From Promethearchaeota archaeon (GTDB taxonomy: Archaea; Asgardarchaeota; Lokiarchaeia; Sigyniarchaeales; SOKP01), in the NCBI GenBank assembly GCA_016839745.1, contig JAEOTS010000147.1, positions 1-43,468 on the forward strand: a DNA stretch of 43,468 bases, read 5' to 3'. This document shows positions 39,939 to 43,468 of this stretch, piece after piece. Under the pieces are notes generated by a model. That model was given only the letters and a program-made list of their open reading frames with translations. It had not been told where the DNA came from and searched no databases. Both the position numbers and the translations under genes were made by a program. Each line of letters begins with the position of its first letter. The first letter of the stretch is position 1.

Positions 39939-41088
39939 TAAAATTAAAATTGCTATTGTTGGACTTGGTAATTGTGCTTGTGCTTTAATTCAAGGAATCC
40001 AATTTTATAGAAATAAAACGAACAAGGATGCTATTGGCCTAATGCATTGGGATATTGGTGGATATTTGCCAAGCGACATTGAAGTTGTTGCAGCTTTTGA
40101 TATAGACCGTAGGAAAGTTGGAATAGATGTATCGATAGCTATTTTTCAACCACCCAATTGTTCTAAAATATTTTGTAAAGATATCCCCAAAACGAAAGTT
40201 ATTGTTAAAATGGGTAAAATTTTAGATAGTTATGCAGATCATATGAATTATTACAATAAAGAATATACATTTATTTTATCTGATCAAAAAGAATCAACGC
40301 AAGAAGAAATAATTCAAGAATTAAAAACTTCAAAAGCAGATATCCTTATAAATTATCTTCCAGTAGGCTCTGAAAAAGCGGCTAAATTTTATACGGAATG
40401 TGCTTTAAAAGCAAAAGTAGGTTTCATTAACTGTATGCCTGTTTTCATTGCGAGCAATCCAATATGGGCTGAGAAATTTAAAAGGGATAACATACCAATA
40501 ATTGGTGATGATATTAAGTCTCAATTGGGAGCAACAATAGTCCACCGAGTATTGACAAATCTTTTTAAAAAACGAGGTGTAAAACTCATGCGTACATATC
40601 AACTTAATACTGGTGGGAACACAGATTTCTTAAACATGCTTGATAGACACAGACTCGCTTCGAAAAAACAATCAAAAACCGAAGCTGTTCAATCACAAAC
40701 AAAAACTAGATTGAAAAATGAAAATATTCATATCGGTCCAAGTGATTGGGTTCCATGGCAAAGAGACAATAAGATATGCTTTATTAGAATGGAGGGAAAC
40801 ATATTTGGCGACATTCCAATAGATATCGAATTACGCCTTTCGGTAGAAGATTCTCCTAATTCTGCGGGAGTGGTTATTGATGCTATAAGATGTATAAAGT
40901 TGGCTCTGGATAGAAATCACGGTGGTGTTTTATATAATCCTTCTTCATACTTTATGAAACATCCACCAATACAATATAGTGATGATGAAGCATTTCAACT
41001 GACAGAAGAATTTATAAATGTTTTCTCAGGAGCAAAAGTTTCTTTAATTGATAAAATGATTAAACAAAATGAACAAAGTGCCGATTAA
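39934..41088 (+). CDS. ino1: myo-Inositol-1(3)-phosphate synthase, non-canonical ATT start
   Basis: NYLPVGS, GDDIKSQLGAT, YQLNTGGNTDFLNM, SKTEAV, VEDSPNSAG. The frame extends upstream of ATG 40042 through SKIKIAIVGLGNCA to ATT codons after GGTGA. Confidence 0.92.
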   Translation: MSKIKIAIVGLGNCACALIQGIQFYRNKTNKDAIGLMHWDIGGYLPSDIEVVAAFDIDRRKVGIDVSIAIFQPPNCSKIFCKDIPKTKVIVKMGKILDSYADHMNYYNKEYTFILSDQKESTQEEIIQELKTSKADILINYLPVGSEKAAKFYTECALKAKVGFINCMPVFIASNPIWAEKFKRDNIPIIGDDIKSQLGATIVHRVLTNLFKKRGVKLMRTYQLNTGGNTDFLNMLDRHRLASKKQSKTEAVQSQTKTRLKNENIHIGPSDWVPWQRDNKICFIRMEGNIFGDIPIDIELRLSVEDSPNSAGVVIDAIRCIKLALDRNHGGVLYNPSSYFMKHPPIQYSDDEAFQLTEEFINVFSGAKVSLIDKMIKQNEQSAD

Positions 41089-41197
41089 TAACTTTAGGAA
41101 AATTTGGATTCTTATTCCACCAAGAAGAATAGCAGTACCATAAATATAATGGCTCTTTTACTTCTATTAGAAGTTAGAGTCTAAAAGGTAGTGCACC

Positions 41198-42256
41198 TTA
41201 AAGGCATAAGTTGTCACAAGGACCAAGATTGAATATAGGAACGTTAATTCTCTCTTGTAATGACCTTATGAACTGGTTATTTTCAAATTCATACCCGAGT
41301 GGTGAAGTGTGATTAATTGTAATTGCAATTAAATTAATTCGATCTAGTACCTTTAAGCAACCCCCCTTTTTTATAAATTTATGGAAAACTTGCTTACTAA
41401 TAAATAATTTAGTAGGATCTGTGGCGATTACAGTTAAATTTTTTACTTTTTTATTGGATATGTATTCATCTAAAATGCTATCGGTAATCGCTCCCTTTAT
41501 TACCAGGTATTTAGTGCCTTTTGTTAATTGGTTAAAAATTACTTTAGACGATCCTAAAGCCGTAGATTCTCCTAACTTATTAAACGAATCATCATCATTT
41601 ATAATTCCTACCTTAGCAGTGAGCAAGATTTCGTTACTGATTTTTCTGATTTTATCGTCCTTAACCAACTCTAAGCTAAACAAATTGTAAATATGGGATG
41701 TTAAATCGACAACCCTTTCCATGTTTCTGGACACAGAAGCTCCCGTAGATAGGATGGTTGCATCAGAAATAATTGGCGTTGCAAACGATCTTCTATCAAA
41801 TGCACCATCGATAAAAATCACTTCGCAACCTACTTCTTTCATATCGTTACATAATTCCTTTAATTGTTTATTCATTGATGGGCCTGCTAGCTCAATATAT
41901 CCTTTATTCTTTGCTTTGTAAATGTTGATGTTCCCAAGTGGCGTAGTGAAATCAGTATTTTTAACAAATTCGGTTTCTATATCGCTATTCTTCAATGATT
42001 GCTCTGCTGTTGCAAAAATTGTTCCCTTTTCAATTATTATCTTAGGTTTTGGAAGTTCTGTAATCGCATCGTAAGGTTCTCCATCTCGACCAATGGAAGT
42101 TACTCCAATTGTATGCTTCTCCCTTAACAGATTAATAATGTGATTTAATGTGGTGGTTTTACTTACATTTTTAGCTAAACCAATAATTGATATGACCTTA
42201 TACTGCTTAATAGCATTTATTAAAAGAGCAGGAAATTCTTCATTGCCAGACAACAT
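41198..42256 (-). CDS. kamB: Lysine 5,6-aminomutase reactivase-associated protein KamB-like
   Basis: SIIGLAKNVSKTTTLN, TSIGRDGE, PKP, TPLG, AGPS, IDGAFDR, STGAS. Directly downstream of kamA. Confidence 0.8.
   Translation of the reverse strand: MLSGNEEFPALLINAIKQYKVISIIGLAKNVSKTTTLNHIINLLREKHTIGVTSIGRDGEPYDAITELPKPKIIIEKGTIFATAEQSLKNSDIETEFVKNTDFTTPLGNINIYKAKNKGYIELAGPSMNKQLKELCNDMKEVGCEVIFIDGAFDRRSFATPIISDATILSTGASVSRNMERVVDLTSHIYNLFSLELVKDDKIRKISNEILLTAKVGIINDDDSFNKLGESTALGSSKVIFNQLTKGTKYLVIKGAITDSILDEYISNKKVKNLTVIATDPTKLFISKQVFHKFIKKGGCLKVLDRINLIAITINHTSPLGYEFENNQFIRSLQERINVPIFNLGPCDNLCL
41206..41217. repeat. Right 12-bp direct repeat ATAAGTTGTCAC (insertion boundary)
   Basis: Identical to 36342-36353. 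Confidence 0.8.
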
Positions 42257-42375
42257 CTGTGTTTCAAATAATTAAAGGAGGATATGATTTTAAAGTATGT
42301 CAAATTAACATTTCCACAGATTTAAAATTTTATTAAAGATCTCTTTAAGCGTTTCAGTAAAAAGGTTTAAAACTT

Positions 42376-43468
42376 TTATTTGCTAAGTTTTTTCCTTCTT
42401 AAATTTCTTTCAAGATCCTCAGGTTCTATAGTCATTTTTTGGCCACTTAACAAAGCAGAAACTCCGATTTGTTGTTCGCAATCTTCGCAATGACACTCTG
42501 GTATATAGTTCGTGGGTTCTTCGTAGGTTGTAATAACACCTTCAAAATTCCTTAAGACAACTCTAGTATTTCCTTGTGAGATGGTATAATCGGGCATCAC
42601 GGGTATTTTACCTCCACCACCTGGGGCGTCAACAACATAGGTAGGAACGCACAAACCTGATGTGTGGCCTCTTAATCCTTCGATAATTTCGATTCCTTGT
42701 GCCACACTTGTCCTGAAATGTCCTAATCCTACGGATAAATCGCACTGGTAAATGTAATATGGACGAACTCTAATTTTTACCAGTTCGTGTACTAACTTTT
42801 TCATTACATGTATGCAGTCATTTACTCCCCGTAATAAGACTGATTGATTTCCAAGGGGAATCCCAGCATTTGCGAGCATTTCACATGCCCTTGTAGAATC
42901 TTCAGTTATCTCGTTCGGATGGTTAAAGTGGGTATTAAACCATATAGGATGATATTGTTGAAGCATTTCACATAGATCAGGAGTAATTCGTTGAGGCATA
43001 ACAACGGGGCTTCTTGATCCTAGTCTAATGATTTCTACATGAGGGATTTCCTTTAAACTTATTAAAACATTCTCTAACAATTTATCAGAAATAAGCATAG
43101 CGTCTCCCCCAGATAACAAAACATCTCTAATTGAGGGCGTTTCTTGGATATAGTCTATACATTTATCTATCTGATCTTTTGGAGGTGCCTTATCGTGGTG
43201 ACCCGCGAACCGTCTTCGAGTACAGTGTCTGCAGTACATCGAACAGTTTTCCGTTACTAAAAATAATACTCGATCTGGGTATCTATGAGTTAAACCGGGA
43301 GTAGGACTATCAACGTCTTCGTGAAGTGGATCATCTAAATCAGCGGGATATCTTATAAGCTCGTGAATTGTAGGAATTGCTTGTTTACGAATTGGGTCGT
43401 ATGGATCGTGGGGATCGATTAAGGATAAGTAATAAGGGGTGATAGCCATTCTCATCTTTTCCATAATA
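42376..43468 (-). CDS. kamA: L-lysine 2,3-aminomutase (radical SAM, PLP), 5' end beyond the window
   Basis: [46 protein letters not shown], Zn-binding CHCEDC. Frame open to the window edge. Confidence 0.96.
   Translation of the reverse strand, partial: IMEKMRMAITPYYLSLIDPHDPYDPIRKQAIPTIHELIRYPADLDDPLHEDVDSPTPGLTHRYPDRVLFLVTENCSMYCRHCTRRRFAGHHDKAPPKDQIDKCIDYIQETPSIRDVLLSGGDAMLISDKLLENVLISLKEIPHVEIIRLGSRSPVVMPQRITPDLCEMLQQYHPIWFNTHFNHPNEITEDSTRACEMLANAGIPLGNQSVLLRGVNDCIHVMKKLVHELVKIRVRPYYIYQCDLSVGLGHFRTSVAQGIEIIEGLRGHTSGLCVPTYVVDAPGGGGKIPVMPDYTISQGNTRVVLRNFEGVITTYEEPTNYIPECHCEDCEQQIGVSALLSGQKMTIEPEDLERNLRRKKLSK

Larger units (their letters stand above)
36342..41217. mobile_element. 4.86-kb cargo insertion (genomic islet) in the kam operon, no integrase or transposase
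   Basis: Bounded by 12-bp direct repeats. Removing it restores a kamB stop (tgt gac aac tta taa) 45 nt upstream of kamD. Content is unrelated to lysine metabolism and looks more AT-rich by eye. Confidence 0.7.

Noticed and set aside
41160-41174. Palindrome ACTTCTA-T-TAGAAGT near the right islet end as a transposon terminal repeat
   Set aside because: No counterpart at the left end. It lies between convergent genes and may be chance or a termination signal.
802-41921. Short antisense or alternate-frame ORFs in the track (e.g. 802-993, 2874-3332, 7831-8130, 15642-15944, 23433-23717, 34760-35011, 37584-37862, 41421-41690)
   Set aside because: Shadows of well-supported genes, with no motifs of their own.
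42376-43468. kamA as ablA of N-epsilon-acetyl-beta-lysine osmolyte synthesis, or as EpmB
   Set aside because: No ablB acetyltransferase or efp/epmA is adjacent, and kamB/kamD/kamE indicate lysine fermentation.

Overview
AT-rich archaeal DNA, most likely from an Asgard archaeon (Lokiarchaeia/Promethearchaeota-like). This is inferred from TTTATATA boxes, GGTGA ribosome-binding motifs, T-tract terminators, frequent TTG/GTG starts and an ornithine carbamoyltransferase of the Giardia/Trichomonas type. The window is dominated by amino-acid and amide catabolism. (i) 8.5-19.3 kb is an arginine/ornithine/proline cluster: an ArcE-type arginine synthetase (no arginine deiminase in the window), OTC, carbamate kinase and ornithine aminotransferase, interleaved with an aldehyde:ferredoxin oxidoreductase and a two-gene flavin/Fe-S amino-acid dehydrogenase. 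(ii) Three Ntn-hydrolases, an amidase and sugar-related genes. (iii) An ABC exporter bracketed by two paralogous pairs of GbsR/MarR-like regulators, with a repeated TTCA-N7-TGAA motif. (iv) A lysine aminomutase operon kamA-kamB-kamD-kamE, split exactly at the kamB stop codon by a 4864-bp insertion bounded by 12-bp direct repeats (ATAAGTTGTCAC). The insertion carries a CDP-inositol / di-myo-inositol-phosphate-type module (DIPPS, IPCT, Ino1 with an ATT start, a TIM-barrel protein) but no mobility gene. A TetR-controlled stand-alone condensation-domain gene with three palindromic operators and three near-perfect tandem duplications (38, 36 and 77 bp) are also visible. No rRNA, tRNA or CRISPR array was recognised. 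All functional calls come from motif recognition by eye; no database searches were run.
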